Positions 40,592-51,930 are shown, counted from the stretch's first letter. The stretch: 64,000 bases of DNA from Candidatus Multivoradales bacterium (GCA_965223325.1 CBDCWI010000001.1:768001-832000); one strand, 5' to 3'. Translations and numbers: made by a program. The notes: generated from the letters alone by a model not told the origin.

Positions 40592-42493
40592 ATGGACGAC
40601 TCGCAAACCACCCCGTGCCTGCAGGCCGTCTCTGGCGGTCTTAAAGGGCAGACCTTCGACATTTCGGAGAAGGGCCTCACGGTGGGTCGCCATTCGTCGA
40701 ACGACGTTCGGGTCAAGAACTCGAGCGCTTCGCGCTATCACTGTCGCCTGGAGATCGAGGACGGCGAGGCGTGGGTCGTCGACCTCGATAGCCAGCACGG
40801 GACCTTCGTCAACGGCAAGAAGGTCGAAAGAGAGCGCCTCTCCCTCGGTGACGAGGTAGCCATCGCGTCGACCGTCTTTGTGCTTATCGATGAGGCACAG
40901 TCTCCGACCACCCTGGAGCTGACGGTCGACGAGGGCTTCTATCGCCAACCAGAACTCCTTCTCTCGGAGGCGGAAGGCATTCTTGGTGTCCGCGAGCGGG
41001 TGCTCCTTCAGGCGACGCTTGCAATCGGCGAGCTGCGCGCCTTCGAGCCGCTGGTCGATCGGCTGCTCGAGCTGGTCCTCGAGGCAGTACCTACCGCCGA
41101 GCGCGCCGCGCTCTTGTTTTACGATCGTGCTGGCGACGAGAGAACCCGGCAAAGAACGAAACGCCCGGGTGGAAACGGTCAAACCGAATCGGCCGTCGAC
41201 TCTCGCCCGTTGAGCCGAACGGTGGTTGAGCGCACCCTGCGCGATCGCGTCGCACTTGTCATCGAAGACTTGAGCGATACCAGTCGTGACTGGGGCGAGA
41301 GCCTGGCCGCCCAGGAGGTCAAGACCTTCGTCGGTGTTCCACTCCTCGATCTTCACCAGCGGGCTGTCGGCCTGCTCTACCTGGACTCGGCGTCTCAGCC
41401 GCGAGAACTCGAGCGCGGCCAGCTCGAGTTTCTCACCGCCTTCGCGGGCCTCACCAGCGCAGCCCTCTCCAACCTCTTGCAGTTCGAGTGGCTGACCGCT
41501 GAGCGCGAGCGCCTGCACCAACGCGAGATCGGCGCCGAGATGATCGGTGAATCCGAGGCGATGAAGAAGGTGTTTGCACTTGTCGAGCGGGTGGCGTCCA
41601 CCGACACGACAGTCCTCCTGCTCGGTGAGAGTGGGAGTGGCAAAGAACTCGCCGCCAAAGCCATTCACCGTGCGAGCGAGCGCGCAGGTCGGCCGTTTGT
41701 CGCCATCAACTGCGCCGCCTTGAGCGAGAGCCTGCTCGAAAGCGAGCTCTTTGGCCACGAAAAGGGTGCCTTCACAGGCGCCGACCGGCGCAAGTCAGGG
41801 CGTCTCGAGATCGCCGCTAGCGGCACCCTCTTCCTCGATGAAATCGGTGAGATGGCGCCCGGTCTGCAGGCCAAACTCCTCCGCGTGCTCGAGGAACGCA
41901 CCTTCGAGCGGGTCGGGGGCAACCACCCCATCGAAGCCGACCTACGAGTCATCGCGGCGACCAACCGCGACCTGCAAGCGGCGATCAAGAGCGGCGACTT
42001 CCGCGAAGACCTCTACTACCGACTCAACGTGCTGTCGATCACCCTTCCCCCACTACGAGACCGCAAGACCGACGTGATGTTGCTCGCAGACCACCTGCGC
42101 CTCAGGTTCAGCGAGACCGCCGGCCGGCCGGTACAGGGTTTTACCCCGGCCGCCAAACGAGCGCTCGAAGCGTACTCGTGGCCCGGCAATGTACGCCAGC
42201 TCTCGAACGCCATCGAGCGCGCCGTCGTGCTAGTTGACAGCGACCGCATCGACGTCCACGACCTACCCGAAGAACTGCACGAGGTGGCGGCGGTCGCTGC
42301 TCAGAGCGGCTCGTACCAGGAGGTCCTGCGAGAAACCAAACGACGCCTGATCAAAGAGGCCGTACTGGCCAAGAAGGGGCGATACACCGAAGCCGCCAAG
42401 GCGCTCGACCTGCATCCGAACTACCTGCACCGCCTGATCCGCAACCTCGAGCTCAAAGCAGAGCTCGAAGACGGACTACGCAGCCAGGGCTGA
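40592..42493 (+). CDS. Sigma54-dependent transcriptional activator with FHA and GAF domains
   Basis: FHA motifs VGR, SRYHC and SQHGTFVNG; [11 protein letters not shown]; [39 protein letters not shown]; C-terminal HTH. Confidence 0.93.
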   Translation: MDDSQTTPCLQAVSGGLKGQTFDISEKGLTVGRHSSNDVRVKNSSASRYHCRLEIEDGEAWVVDLDSQHGTFVNGKKVERERLSLGDEVAIASTVFVLIDEAQSPTTLELTVDEGFYRQPELLLSEAEGILGVRERVLLQATLAIGELRAFEPLVDRLLELVLEAVPTAERAALLFYDRAGDERTRQRTKRPGGNGQTESAVDSRPLSRTVVERTLRDRVALVIEDLSDTSRDWGESLAAQEVKTFVGVPLLDLHQRAVGLLYLDSASQPRELERGQLEFLTAFAGLTSAALSNLLQFEWLTAERERLHQREIGAEMIGESEAMKKVFALVERVASTDTTVLLLGESGSGKELAAKAIHRASERAGRPFVAINCAALSESLLESELFGHEKGAFTGADRRKSGRLEIAASGTLFLDEIGEMAPGLQAKLLRVLEERTFERVGGNHPIEADLRVIAATNRDLQAAIKSGDFREDLYYRLNVLSITLPPLRDRKTDVMLLADHLRLRFSETAGRPVQGFTPAAKRALEAYSWPGNVRQLSNAIERAVVLVDSDRIDVHDLPEELHEVAAVAAQSGSYQEVLRETKRRLIKEAVLAKKGRYTEAAKALDLHPNYLHRLIRNLELKAELEDGLRSQG

Positions 42494-42505
42494 CCCCTTT
42501 CGCCC

Positions 42506-45178
42506 CTACTCAGCCGTCAGCATCCAGATGTCAGAACTGTTCGATTGCGAAGCGGTGACGATGCTCTGACCATCACGCGATACCGAGAAGCCCTGTAGTC
42601 GATCGGGGCTGAAAGAGAGCACAAGCTCGTCCGCGCCTTCAGTCGTGCGCTTCCAGAGACTGCGCTGATCCGGCGACCGATAGAGAAAACTCTCGGCGCC
42701 TGGCAACCAGAGCGGGCGATCAGAGCCCGGCAACATAGCGCGTGCCGGTCCGCTCTGAGGTCCGACATAGATGTGGCCGTTGAAGGCGAGAATCTGGTCG
42801 TTGGACGACACATCCCAGACAAAGGGGATCGGACCGTCGCCCGCCGCGCCAGTGAAGGCGGCTCCCCACTCCGCGAGATCACCGACGACTTCGTGCGTCT
42901 GGGTGTCGATGAATTCGCTGACATACACCGATCGATTCACGATCACCTGTGTGCCATCGTGCAACGGCACTGGAGCCTGCGCCCCGCCCTCCGCGTAGTC
43001 GGTCAGCTGCTCGAGGCCCGAACCGTCTGCGCGAACACGAAACGCCTGCCAATCTCCGCGACGGTCGGAGAAGAACACGATGTTTTCATCGTCGATCCAG
43101 CGCGGCGCGCGATCCTTCGCCGGGTCGTCGGTCAGCCGACGGATGCGACCCCGATCGAGGAGATACAGGTCTTCCTGGATGGCGCCTGTGCTGTCGACCA
43201 CGACGCGTTTGCCGTCCGGAGAGATGGCGGGGTTTCTGTAGACGCGGCTGCCGCGCGCGAGTCGCGTGGCCTGCCCAACGGCAGACGTCCTCGGGTCGTA
43301 CGGGTACGACAGAAGCTGCACCTGGCTGACCTCGGCGACGAACGCGATGCGATCGCCTGCCGACGTCAGCGAGGCGTTGTACGAGTTGAAAGACGGCGTC
43401 GGTACCAACTCGACCGGCCCCGCCGCGCCACCGTCTTCACCGATCGCAACGCGATGAAGCGCCATGGAACCAAAGCGATCGCTGGCGAAGAAGAGGTGGC
43501 GACTGTCCGGTGCCCAGACGGGACTCCAATCGAGGGCGCTGTCCTCGGTGACCTGTACAGGCTCGCCACCACCAACCGGAATTGTCCACAGGTCGCGCTG
43601 CCCACCGCGATGAATCCCCCAGAACGCGATGCGTCGACCGTCTGGTGACCAGACTGGCTGTACCGCGTCGCGAGCCGGCAAATGGCGGCTCTCCCCCGAA
43701 GGCACATCCACGACAAAGAGCCGACTGTCGAACCCCCGGGCGCCTGGATCGACCACCCGCTCGTCGCAGACCACCAGGGACTTGCCATCTGGGGACCAGG
43801 AAGGGTGAAAACCGAAGTCGGTCAAACGACGAACGTCCTCTCCGGTTGCTCCCATGATGAAGATCCCGCCTCCCAGGCGTTCCGAGCGAAAGGCGATGCG
43901 CTCACCGTCGGGCGAGAAGGCGGGATGCAGGTCATCGGTGCTCGAACCCTCGGTCAGGTTGATTGGCACACCTCCGCTCGCTCGCTGGAGGTAGATGTCC
44001 CAGACGCCCTCCGAGTCGCCCTGATACACCACCAGCTTGCCGTCAAAGGAGAGACTGGGAAAGCGCTCATTGCCGACATCCTCGGTCAGTTGGGTGAACC
44101 GAACCGACCGCAAGTCGAGGAACGGATCTTCCGGGTCTTTGGGTGGCAAGACACCGCTCGCCACCAACAACACGGCGAGCACAGAAGCGGCGAGCATCCC
44201 CAGAAGGACCTGCTGCCATCGGATATCAGACCTCCCCGATGTCTCCTGCCGCGCCGCCGGATCGCGCTTCGGACGTCGCGAACCTCCCGACACCGACGAC
44301 GAGGAGTGCAAGTCTGAACCCAGCCGGTCGAGAGCTGACTTGAAGTCGGCCGCAGACTGAAACCGCAGCTCGCGGTCCTTCTCGAGCGCCCGGCCGACGA
44401 TCCAGTCGGTCTCGTGGTTGAGCGACAGGCGTTCAGCGAGCGGCGGGGGCGAATGGTTGAGCACCGCATCGTAGGTCGAACCAATCGCATCACGACGAAA
44501 CGGCGAGCTACCGCCCAACATCTCGTACAGCACCGCGCCGAGACTGAAAAGATCGGAGCGACCGTCGACCTCCTCGCCGCGTGCCTGTTCCGGCGACATG
44601 TAGGCGGCAGTACCTACCACCGCACCGTGTCGAGTCAGGGTAGCCGTCTGGGCGTCAGAATCCCCCGAGGCCTGCTCCTGCTCGAGCTTCGCCAACCCGA
44701 AATCGACGACCTTCACCCCGCCGTCGGAACGCAGCATGATGTTGCCCGGTTTGATGTCGCGATGCAGAATGCCGGCGGCATGTGCGGCGCCCAGGGCGGC
44801 AGCGACCTGGCCCGCAATGGCGACGGCAGTTTTCGACGGAATGCGCCCCGACTCGAGGCGCTCTTGCAGGCTCTCCCCGTCCACGAGCTCGGTGGCCATG
44901 AAAGGACGACCCTGCCAGGTTCCGATCTCGAAGATGGTCAGGATGTTCGGATGGTTGAGTGCTGAAGCAGCCCGAGCCTCGCGAGCGAAGCGGGCGACCG
45001 CCTGCTCCATCCCGCCATACTGAGGCGCGATCAGCTTGATCGCCACGTCACGATCAAGCCGTGTATCGCGCGCCAGGAAGACCTGCCCCATGCCGCCTTC
45101 TCCGAGCTGGCGAACGACCTCGAAGTGCTCGATTCGGACACCCGCCATGGACTGTGGAGGTGATTCCGGGTCGGCCAT
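42506..45178 (-). CDS. Ser/Thr protein kinase with TM helix and PD40/TolB-like beta-propeller
   Basis: LGEGGMGQV, VAIK, HRDIKPGN, DFGLAK, GTAAYMSPEQ; repeated PxxSPDG motifs. Confidence 0.94.
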   Translation of the reverse strand: MADPESPPQSMAGVRIEHFEVVRQLGEGGMGQVFLARDTRLDRDVAIKLIAPQYGGMEQAVARFAREARAASALNHPNILTIFEIGTWQGRPFMATELVDGESLQERLESGRIPSKTAVAIAGQVAAALGAAHAAGILHRDIKPGNIMLRSDGGVKVVDFGLAKLEQEQASGDSDAQTATLTRHGAVVGTAAYMSPEQARGEEVDGRSDLFSLGAVLYEMLGGSSPFRRDAIGSTYDAVLNHSPPPLAERLSLNHETDWIVGRALEKDRELRFQSAADFKSALDRLGSDLHSSSSVSGGSRRPKRDPAARQETSGRSDIRWQQVLLGMLAASVLAVLLVASGVLPPKDPEDPFLDLRSVRFTQLTEDVGNERFPSLSFDGKLVVYQGDSEGVWDIYLQRASGGVPINLTEGSSTDDLHPAFSPDGERIAFRSERLGGGIFIMGATGEDVRRLTDFGFHPSWSPDGKSLVVCDERVVDPGARGFDSRLFVVDVPSGESRHLPARDAVQPVWSPDGRRIAFWGIHRGGQRDLWTIPVGGGEPVQVTEDSALDWSPVWAPDSRHLFFASDRFGSMALHRVAIGEDGGAAGPVELVPTPSFNSYNASLTSAGDRIAFVAEVSQVQLLSYPYDPRTSAVGQATRLARGSRVYRNPAISPDGKRVVVDSTGAIQEDLYLLDRGRIRRLTDDPAKDRAPRWIDDENIVFFSDRRGDWQAFRVRADGSGLEQLTDYAEGGAQAPVPLHDGTQVIVNRSVYVSEFIDTQTHEVVGDLAEWGAAFTGAAGDGPIPFVWDVSSNDQILAFNGHIYVGPQSGPARAMLPGSDRPLWLPGAESFLYRSPDQRSLWKRTTEGADELVLSFSPDRLQGFSVSRDGQSIVTASQSNSSDIWMLTAE

Positions 45179-45536
45179 GGCAGCAATATTAGTCCAGCCC
45201 CTCAGAAGAACTGCTGAGAAACCATGAAACTGGCGGAATCATCGCACCGCTTCACGAAAACCGGTGAATACCTCTCGATGATAGCGCTCCGATACCCAAT
45301 CAGGCCGTTCCGCCACGCTCCGATACGCTCGGCATCGCGATGATCAGATCAGGACCTGAAACCGTCACCGAGCCGGCGTTCGCCGCCGCCAACGTCCAGG
45401 CGGTCTCCGCGCACTACCCCGAGGCAGTCTGCGAAGCGCTTCTCCACCCGCGAGCGTTGATCTTCGAAGTCGCGCTGGTGCCGTCACCTGTTGGGCGCTC
45501 TTCGTTCCACGCCGCCCCGCCAACGCTGGAACCGAA

Positions 45537-46007
45537 ATGAGTGAGATCCCTCCCAAAGTACGGGCCGTGCTCGAAGCGCACGGTCTTGTGCCGACCGAGT
45601 CCGCCCCGGGCAGCACCCCCACGGCGCAGATGGCCGCCGACCAGCTCGGCGTCGAGGTCGGCCAGATCGCAAAGTCGATTCTGTGGAAGGCCAAGAACGG
45701 GACGTTCTATCTAGTGGTCGCCGCGGGAGATCGCCGGATCGACAACAAGCTGTTCAAGGCGGCGGTCGGCTACAAAGCGCGCATGGCGACCGCCGAAGAG
45801 ACCGAGGGTGTGACGGGGTTCCGCCCGGGCGCGGTGTGCCCCTTCGGGCTCGAAGGCACCGAAGAGCTTACGCTTCTGGTCGACACCAGCCTCGACCGCT
45901 TCGACATCGTCTATCCGGCAGCCGGCACCGACTCGAGCGGTGTTCCCCTGACCGTTCAACAACTGGTCGAAATCACCGGCGCCGAGCGCTGTTCGGTGAC
46001 CCGCTAG
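45537..46007 (+). CDS. YbaK/EbsC family aminoacyl-tRNA deacylase
   Basis: TPTAQMAADQLG...IAKSI, TGFRPGAVCPFG, VYPAAG. Confidence 0.9.
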   Translation: MSEIPPKVRAVLEAHGLVPTESAPGSTPTAQMAADQLGVEVGQIAKSILWKAKNGTFYLVVAAGDRRIDNKLFKAAVGYKARMATAEETEGVTGFRPGAVCPFGLEGTEELTLLVDTSLDRFDIVYPAAGTDSSGVPLTVQQLVEITGAERCSVTR

Positions 46008-46012
46008 GGGGG

Positions 46013-47503
46013 TCAGTCGACCCCGAGCCTCCGGCTGAGATGCCAGGCTGCATAGAGCGCCACGACGGTCGGCACGACTGCCAGCGCGTGCACCACCAGA
46101 AATCCCTCGCCAATTCCGGCGCGCGCACCTCCTGCGATCGCGACCCCTTCTTCGGCCAGCGCCTGGCGCACCGCGGCTTCGTCGCCGGAACGGCGCGCTG
46201 CCACCTCGATGAGAACCGCGCCGCAAAAGCCGGCGCCGAGACTGGTCGCGAGAGTTCGCGCGAACTGGTGCGCCGAAGTCACGCGACCAAGAACCTCAGG
46301 CGCTGCGAGCTTCTGGACCAGGGTCAAGCAGGCGTTGGTGGCGACACCGATCGCCAGACCCATCGCGAAGAAGGCGAGGAACAAGGTCCACAGCCCGAGC
46401 TGCAGGTGAACCGATGCCGCCGAGAGCGCCACCGCCGGCAGCATGAGGACACCTCCCCAGAAGGCACAGCGCGCCTCGCTGATGCTCTCGTACAGGCGAC
46501 TCGAGATGTTCGCGCCGATAGTCCAGCCGAGTGCCAGGAACAGGACCGACCAGGCGCCGGTCGCCACTGAAGTGCCGCGCCCCCCACGCAGGTAGAGCGG
46601 CAGGTAGGCCTCGACTCCCATTCCCGCGCCCATCAGACCACCAGCAACCAACGCCAGACCGCGAAACGGCGGAGCACCGTAGTGTTCGAAGCGCATCACC
46701 GCACGCGGACCTCTGGTGTGACGCCAGAAGAGGCAGCCGAAGACCACCGCCACCAGCATGACGGCGAGACCGCGCGCGCTGAGCTCGGAGACCGCGTACA
46801 AGAGCGCCGCCACCAGGATCGTCAAGTAGATCGTGCCGAGCAGGTCGAACGACTCTGCCTCCCTCACTTCCTGGTCATCCAGAGGTCGGAGCCGGCTGGG
46901 GAAAGCGCGCCAGGCCACCACCAGCGCCAGGAGCACCAAGGGCAGGTTGATCCAGAACAAAAAGCGCCAATCGAGGAAGGTGAGAATCCAGCCGGCAATC
47001 GCCGGGCCGCCAAACGCGACAACCCCCCAGACCGTGGCCGCCAGGGCGTAGACCCGCGAGCGCAGGGCAACCGGATACACCAGGCCGATCGCAGTGGTAC
47101 TGGCGGTGGTCACCGCACCGCCGGCCGCACCCTGGAGGATGCGCGCTGCGACGAGGAGGGGAACCGTAGGCGCGAGCGCACACAGAACACTGGCGAGTGC
47201 AAAGCCAAGGGCCGAGAGGCGAAACATCGTACGCGTGCCCAGTCCGTCGACTGATGGCCCGGCCACGGCGATGGCAAGACCAGACGACAGGAGGTAGCCC
47301 GTCACCACCCAGGGCAGCGCACGAACTCCCCCGAGGTCGGCACCAATCGGCGGCAAGGCCGCAAAAACCGAGAGCCCTTCGAAAGCCGACAGGGTCGAGG
47401 TCAGGATGATCGCGAAGCTGACCGCGATGTAGGGCGACGAAAAGACACCCTCACTGGCCGGGGGGCTGTTGCCGGCGGTGGCTCGTTGAGGGGTGTCTTC
47501 CAT
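46013..47503 (-). CDS. MFS transporter (DHA2-like)
   Basis: ATG at 47503; ALPPIGADLG, WVVTGYLL, ARILQGAAGG, WRFLFWINLP. Confidence 0.88.
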   Translation of the reverse strand: MEDTPQRATAGNSPPASEGVFSSPYIAVSFAIILTSTLSAFEGLSVFAALPPIGADLGGVRALPWVVTGYLLSSGLAIAVAGPSVDGLGTRTMFRLSALGFALASVLCALAPTVPLLVAARILQGAAGGAVTTASTTAIGLVYPVALRSRVYALAATVWGVVAFGGPAIAGWILTFLDWRFLFWINLPLVLLALVVAWRAFPSRLRPLDDQEVREAESFDLLGTIYLTILVAALLYAVSELSARGLAVMLVAVVFGCLFWRHTRGPRAVMRFEHYGAPPFRGLALVAGGLMGAGMGVEAYLPLYLRGGRGTSVATGAWSVLFLALGWTIGANISSRLYESISEARCAFWGGVLMLPAVALSAASVHLQLGLWTLFLAFFAMGLAIGVATNACLTLVQKLAAPEVLGRVTSAHQFARTLATSLGAGFCGAVLIEVAARRSGDEAAVRQALAEEGVAIAGGARAGIGEGFLVVHALAVVPTVVALYAAWHLSRRLGVD

Positions 47504-47686
47504 TGAGTCATTGGGGGGGCGCCAAGCGTCCAACGCCCCCCGGGCCCGAATGTGCGGGGGAGCCAGCGCGACCCGACCGCGGTACTGTGACAGACACCAT
47601 CGCACCTTATGGACCCGTTGCGAACCGGACACCAGAGGAACGTCGCTTTCGAAACTGCCCCTGTCTAGCGCAGAAAGGACTCCGTC

Positions 47687-49183
47687 GTGAGACGCACCCC
47701 ACACACTCACCCGCTGAGAATCCTGGCCTTTAGAAAACCAGCCCGCGGGGCAACGCTTTATGACCCACCCGCCGCGTTGGGCGCTCTGTTGATCGCCGCC
47801 ACGGTCGTTTGCGCTGCCTCGGTCACCGCGCAGCGGGTCGAGTACCCGGCCACCGAGTTCACCGAACGCCGCGCCCGCCTGTGCGAAGCACTCCGGGCGG
47901 CATCGGCTGAGCCAGCTGGCGGTGCAGCGCTCCTGTTCTCGGCCACCCTGCCGCGCTACGGCGTTCGATTTCGGCAAGACCACGACTTCTACTACGCCAG
48001 CGGTGTCGAAAGTCGCAACGCCGCACTGCTCATCGACGTCGCAACCTGTGACGCCCACCTCTTTCTGCCGGTTCTCGGCGAGCGCGAGAAGTTCATCGAC
48101 GGCCCCAACTGGCTCGATCGTCCCCAGGAGGGAATCGACCGCGGCTTCGCCACCGTGCAGCCGGTGACATACCTGCCGGAAGCCCTCGCCCGCCGTCGTG
48201 GGCGTGGCGGCCCGCAGGGAGACCTCACCCTGTGGATGCGGCTCTCTGAGCGTGACGAGATCGACCTTTCACGCTCGGAGAAGGGAATCTTTCTTGGGCG
48301 GCGCGAAGGCGGGCCGCTGGGTGGCCTCCCGTCTGAGAGTTCGCAACAGGTCGAGACCCTGCGGGCGCGTTACCCGCAGTACGAGATCCGCGACATCGCA
48401 CCGAAACTCGACACCTTGCGCATGATCAAGACCGCGCGCGAGATCAAAGCACTCAGGCAGGCAGGTCGCGTTTCGGCCAACGGCATCGGGCGGGCAATCG
48501 CGGTCACCAGGCCGGGCCTCTACGAGTACGACCTCGAGGCCGAGGCCAAGCATGTCTTCTTGAAGGGCGGCGCCGAAATGGAGGCCTACCCGGCCATCGT
48601 CGGTTCGGGGCCCAACGGCAACATCTGGCACTGGAACAAGAACGACCGGGTGCTCGAGGCCGGCGACATGATCGTGATGGACTATGGCGGCTCGTTCGGC
48701 TACCAGACGATGGACATCACCCGCACCTGGCCGGTCAGCGGCCGTTTCGACGACATCCAGAAGCGCGCCTACAAAGCGGTGCTCGAAGCCCAGAAGGCCA
48801 TCATCGAGGCGATGGTGCCCGGTGCAACCAGGGCCGAAACGACTGCCATCTGCCGTGAGATCTACGACCGTCACGGCTTCCAGGACAAGCCCGCCCACGG
48901 CGCTGGGCACTTCGTCGGCATGTCTGTACACGATGTCGGCGACCCCGACCTGCCCTTCGCACCTGGCATGGTGATCGCGGTCGAACCGATCATCGAGATC
49001 CCCGAATACAACATCCACGTGCGCATCGAGGACACCGTCCTGATCACCGAAGGTACGCCCGAGAACCTGAGCATCGGCGTACCCAAAGAAGTCGACGAAC
49101 TCCTCGCCCTGGTCGGTTCCGCGAGCCGCCCTCGAGAGGGAGCGGCGAGCGACGCCACAACCGCCGGTCAGCGTGACGTTTGA
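47687..49183 (+). CDS. Xaa-Pro aminopeptidase (M24) family, exported
   Basis: FRQDHDFYY, RMIKTARE, MDYG, DITRTWP, GHFVGMSVHD, EP, VRIEDTVLIT. Confidence 0.92.
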   Translation: MRRTPHTHPLRILAFRKPARGATLYDPPAALGALLIAATVVCAASVTAQRVEYPATEFTERRARLCEALRAASAEPAGGAALLFSATLPRYGVRFRQDHDFYYASGVESRNAALLIDVATCDAHLFLPVLGEREKFIDGPNWLDRPQEGIDRGFATVQPVTYLPEALARRRGRGGPQGDLTLWMRLSERDEIDLSRSEKGIFLGRREGGPLGGLPSESSQQVETLRARYPQYEIRDIAPKLDTLRMIKTAREIKALRQAGRVSANGIGRAIAVTRPGLYEYDLEAEAKHVFLKGGAEMEAYPAIVGSGPNGNIWHWNKNDRVLEAGDMIVMDYGGSFGYQTMDITRTWPVSGRFDDIQKRAYKAVLEAQKAIIEAMVPGATRAETTAICREIYDRHGFQDKPAHGAGHFVGMSVHDVGDPDLPFAPGMVIAVEPIIEIPEYNIHVRIEDTVLITEGTPENLSIGVPKEVDELLALVGSASRPREGAASDATTAGQRDV

Positions 49184-49214
49184 CCCGATTCGACCAAGCC
49201 AACGGAGCTCCGAC

Positions 49215-50552
49215 ATGACACCAAGACCATTCCTTCGCCGGGCCGTGTGCTCTCTCCCACTTCTCGCGTTCTGCATCGGAGGGGCTGTGCTTTCGTCACC
49301 CGCTCAGGCGGCGTCAGAGAATGCAGCACACCAGAGAATCGAGGAGTCCGCCCTGGCAGTCGAAGACCGGGTCATCGCCTGGCGGCGCGACATTCACCAG
49401 AACCCCGAACTCGGCAACCGCGAGTTCCGCACCGCGAAGCTGGTGGCAGACCATCTAAGGGCCCTGGGCCTCGAGGTCACGACTGAGGTCGCTCACACCG
49501 GTGTCGTCGGTGTCCTCCATGGGGGCAAACCGGGACCGACCGTCGCCCTCCGCGCCGACATGGACGCCCTCCCGGTCAGAGAACGGGTCGACCTGCCCTT
49601 CGCCTCCAAGATCGAGAGCGAGTACGCCGGCCAGAAGGTCGGCGTGATGCACGCCTGCGGCCACGACAATCACGTCGCGATTCTGATGGGCGCCGCCGAG
49701 GTTCTAGCCGGGATGCGTGAGGACCTTCCCGGCACCGTCAAGTTCATCTTCCAGCCAGCCGAAGAAGGGCCACCGCCAGGAGAAGAAGGTGGAGCCAAGA
49801 TGATGATCGCCGAAGGTGTCCTCGAGGACCCGGCGCCGGAGGCGATCTTCGGCCTGCACGTCGGCCCGACTCCACCGGGTTTGATCAGCTACCGCCCCGA
49901 GGGGGCCCTGGCAGCTGCCGACGGTCTCCAGATCGTCGTCGAGGGGAGGCAGACCCACGGCTCTTCGCCCTGGCGGGGCGTCGATCCGATCATCGTCTCG
50001 GCGCACATCATGGTCGCCCTCCAGGCCATTCCCAGCCGGCAGCTCGACATCACGCGCGCCCCCGCGGTGGTCACCATCGGCAGAATTCATGGCGGTGTGC
50101 GCGGCAACATCATTCCCGACTCAGTCGAAATGACCGGCACCATTCGTACGTTCGACACCGCCATGCGCGACGACTTCCTCGAACGCATCAAGAGAACCGC
50201 CGAGAGCATTGCCGAAGCTTCGGGTGCCAAGGCTACCGTCACCATCGACCCGTACGCGCCGGTGACCTGGAACGATCCGGCACTCACCAAGCGCATGCTG
50301 CCAACCCTCGAATGGGCGGCGGCTGGCAACGTCTTCGAGTCGCCGCCCATCATGGGTTCTGAGGACTTCGCGTTCTTCCAGGAGAAGATCCCCGGGGTCT
50401 ACTTCTCGCTTGGCGTCAACAAGGAAGGGGTCTCACCGGCTGAAGCCGCGCCAAACCACTCGCCGCTGTTTTACGCCAACGAAGACGCGCTGATCGTCGG
50501 GGTGCGAGCCATGGCTGGCATGGCGTGGGACTTTCTCACGGACGCCAACTGA
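49215..50552 (+). CDS. M20D family amidohydrolase, exported
   Basis: RRDIHQNPELG, LRADMDALP, MHACGHD, FQPAEEG, SEDFAF, NHSP. Confidence 0.93.
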   Translation: MTPRPFLRRAVCSLPLLAFCIGGAVLSSPAQAASENAAHQRIEESALAVEDRVIAWRRDIHQNPELGNREFRTAKLVADHLRALGLEVTTEVAHTGVVGVLHGGKPGPTVALRADMDALPVRERVDLPFASKIESEYAGQKVGVMHACGHDNHVAILMGAAEVLAGMREDLPGTVKFIFQPAEEGPPPGEEGGAKMMIAEGVLEDPAPEAIFGLHVGPTPPGLISYRPEGALAAADGLQIVVEGRQTHGSSPWRGVDPIIVSAHIMVALQAIPSRQLDITRAPAVVTIGRIHGGVRGNIIPDSVEMTGTIRTFDTAMRDDFLERIKRTAESIAEASGAKATVTIDPYAPVTWNDPALTKRMLPTLEWAAAGNVFESPPIMGSEDFAFFQEKIPGVYFSLGVNKEGVSPAEAAPNHSPLFYANEDALIVGVRAMAGMAWDFLTDAN

Positions 50553-50572
50553 ACCGCGACCTGAGTCTAGTC

Positions 50573-51295
50573 ATGCGAATCTTGCTGCTACAGGCGCGCA
50601 CCGAGGGTGACCCCACTCGGGTGGAGGAGCGTGAGTCGTTCGCGCGTCACAGTGGAGTGGAAACCGAAGCGATTGAGCCCTGGGATCTCCTCGAGGGCCC
50701 CCCGAGCCTCGCCGACCTCGCGCCCTACGACGCAGTGATGGTTGGCGGCGCGGGTGAGTTCTACGTCTCGAAGGGCGATCTGCCCCATCAAGAACGATTC
50801 TTCGACCTGCTCCTCGAACTCACCGTGACCGGGCCACCGACGTTCGCCTCGTGCTTCGGTTTTCAGTGTCTCGTCGAAGCGGCGGGCGGAGAGATCGTGC
50901 ACGATGCTGAGGGCCTGGAGGTGGGGACCTACCCACTCGAACTCACCGCCGCGGGCCAGGCCGACCCGCTCTTTGGCCATCTGCCGCACACGTTTCTCGC
51001 CCAGATGGGGCGCAAAGATCGAGCAACCCGGCTGCCCGATGGCTGGCAGAATCTTGCCAGTAGTTCTCTCTGTCCCTTCCAGGCGACGCGGGTTCCCGGG
51101 CGACCCTTCTGGGCGTCGCAGTTTCATCCGGAGCTCGATCAGGAGGGAAACCTGGGCCGTTTCAAGCGCTACCTCGACGGCTACGCGGCGGCGATGACCG
51201 AACAAGAGAAGTACAAGGCGTTCGACAATTACCAGCCAACGCCCGAGACCGCCGAGATCCTGACCATCTTCCTCGACCTGGTCCGTCGAGGGTAG
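50573..51295 (+). CDS. Type 1 glutamine amidotransferase-like protein
   Basis: Cys-His-Glu triad in ASCFGFQ and QFHPE. Confidence 0.88.
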   Translation: MRILLLQARTEGDPTRVEERESFARHSGVETEAIEPWDLLEGPPSLADLAPYDAVMVGGAGEFYVSKGDLPHQERFFDLLLELTVTGPPTFASCFGFQCLVEAAGGEIVHDAEGLEVGTYPLELTAAGQADPLFGHLPHTFLAQMGRKDRATRLPDGWQNLASSSLCPFQATRVPGRPFWASQFHPELDQEGNLGRFKRYLDGYAAAMTEQEKYKAFDNYQPTPETAEILTIFLDLVRRG

Positions 51296-51567
51296 GTGAG
51301 AGCCGCAAAAGAACTCCTGGGGCGAGCGCCCTGCACCTCTGACCGCAAACTTCGATGATCCGTCGCGCCCCTTGAATCGAGTCGAAACTCACCCCTTCGG
51401 CGGCTGCTGCTGGTAACCTCGACCACAACGATAAAGAGCCGCCTCGATGCGCCGGGTTGCAGCGTGTAGCGAACCAGCTACCGGTGCCGGGTGAGTGCGT
51501 GCCAGTGCTCGGGCCATCTGGGCCGCGAGACTGGCTGAGGGGCTAAAGCCACTTGGAGGACCAAACC

Positions 51568-51930
51568 ATGGGTGAAATTTTCGACAAAGCAAAAGAGAAG
51601 GTCGGCAACGTTGCAGACAAGGTCGGCGATGCCGCCGAAGCAGCGGTCGACAAAGTCGGTGACGTCGCCGAGGCTGCCATCGACAAGGCTGGTGACATCA
51701 CCGAAGCCGGCGTCGACACCGCCAAGAACGTCGCGGGCAAGGTCGGTGACGCCGCCGAAGGCGCCTGGGACAAAGCAACCGACGTGGCCGACGCCGCAGT
51801 CGACAAGGTAGAGAACATCGCCGAAGCCGCAGTCGACAAGGCCGATGACATCAAAGACGCAGCAGCCGACAAAGTGGCAGCCGCCGCTGAGAAGGTCCAG
51901 GACGTCGCCGAGGACGCCAAGGGCGACTAG
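51568..51930 (+). CDS. LEA-like/YtxH-like protein with 11-residue amphipathic repeats
   Basis: GGAGG ribosome-binding site; repeats of DKVGDAAEAAV, DKVGDVAEAAI, DKATDVADAAV. Confidence 0.8.
   Translation: MGEIFDKAKEKVGNVADKVGDAAEAAVDKVGDVAEAAIDKAGDITEAGVDTAKNVAGKVGDAAEGAWDKATDVADAAVDKVENIAEAAVDKADDIKDAAADKVAAAAEKVQDVAEDAKGD

Noticed and set aside
45230-45245. Sigma54-like TGGCGGAATCATCGCA
   Set aside because: The -12 element is TCGC rather than TTGC and it lies about 290 bp from the next start; too weak to call.
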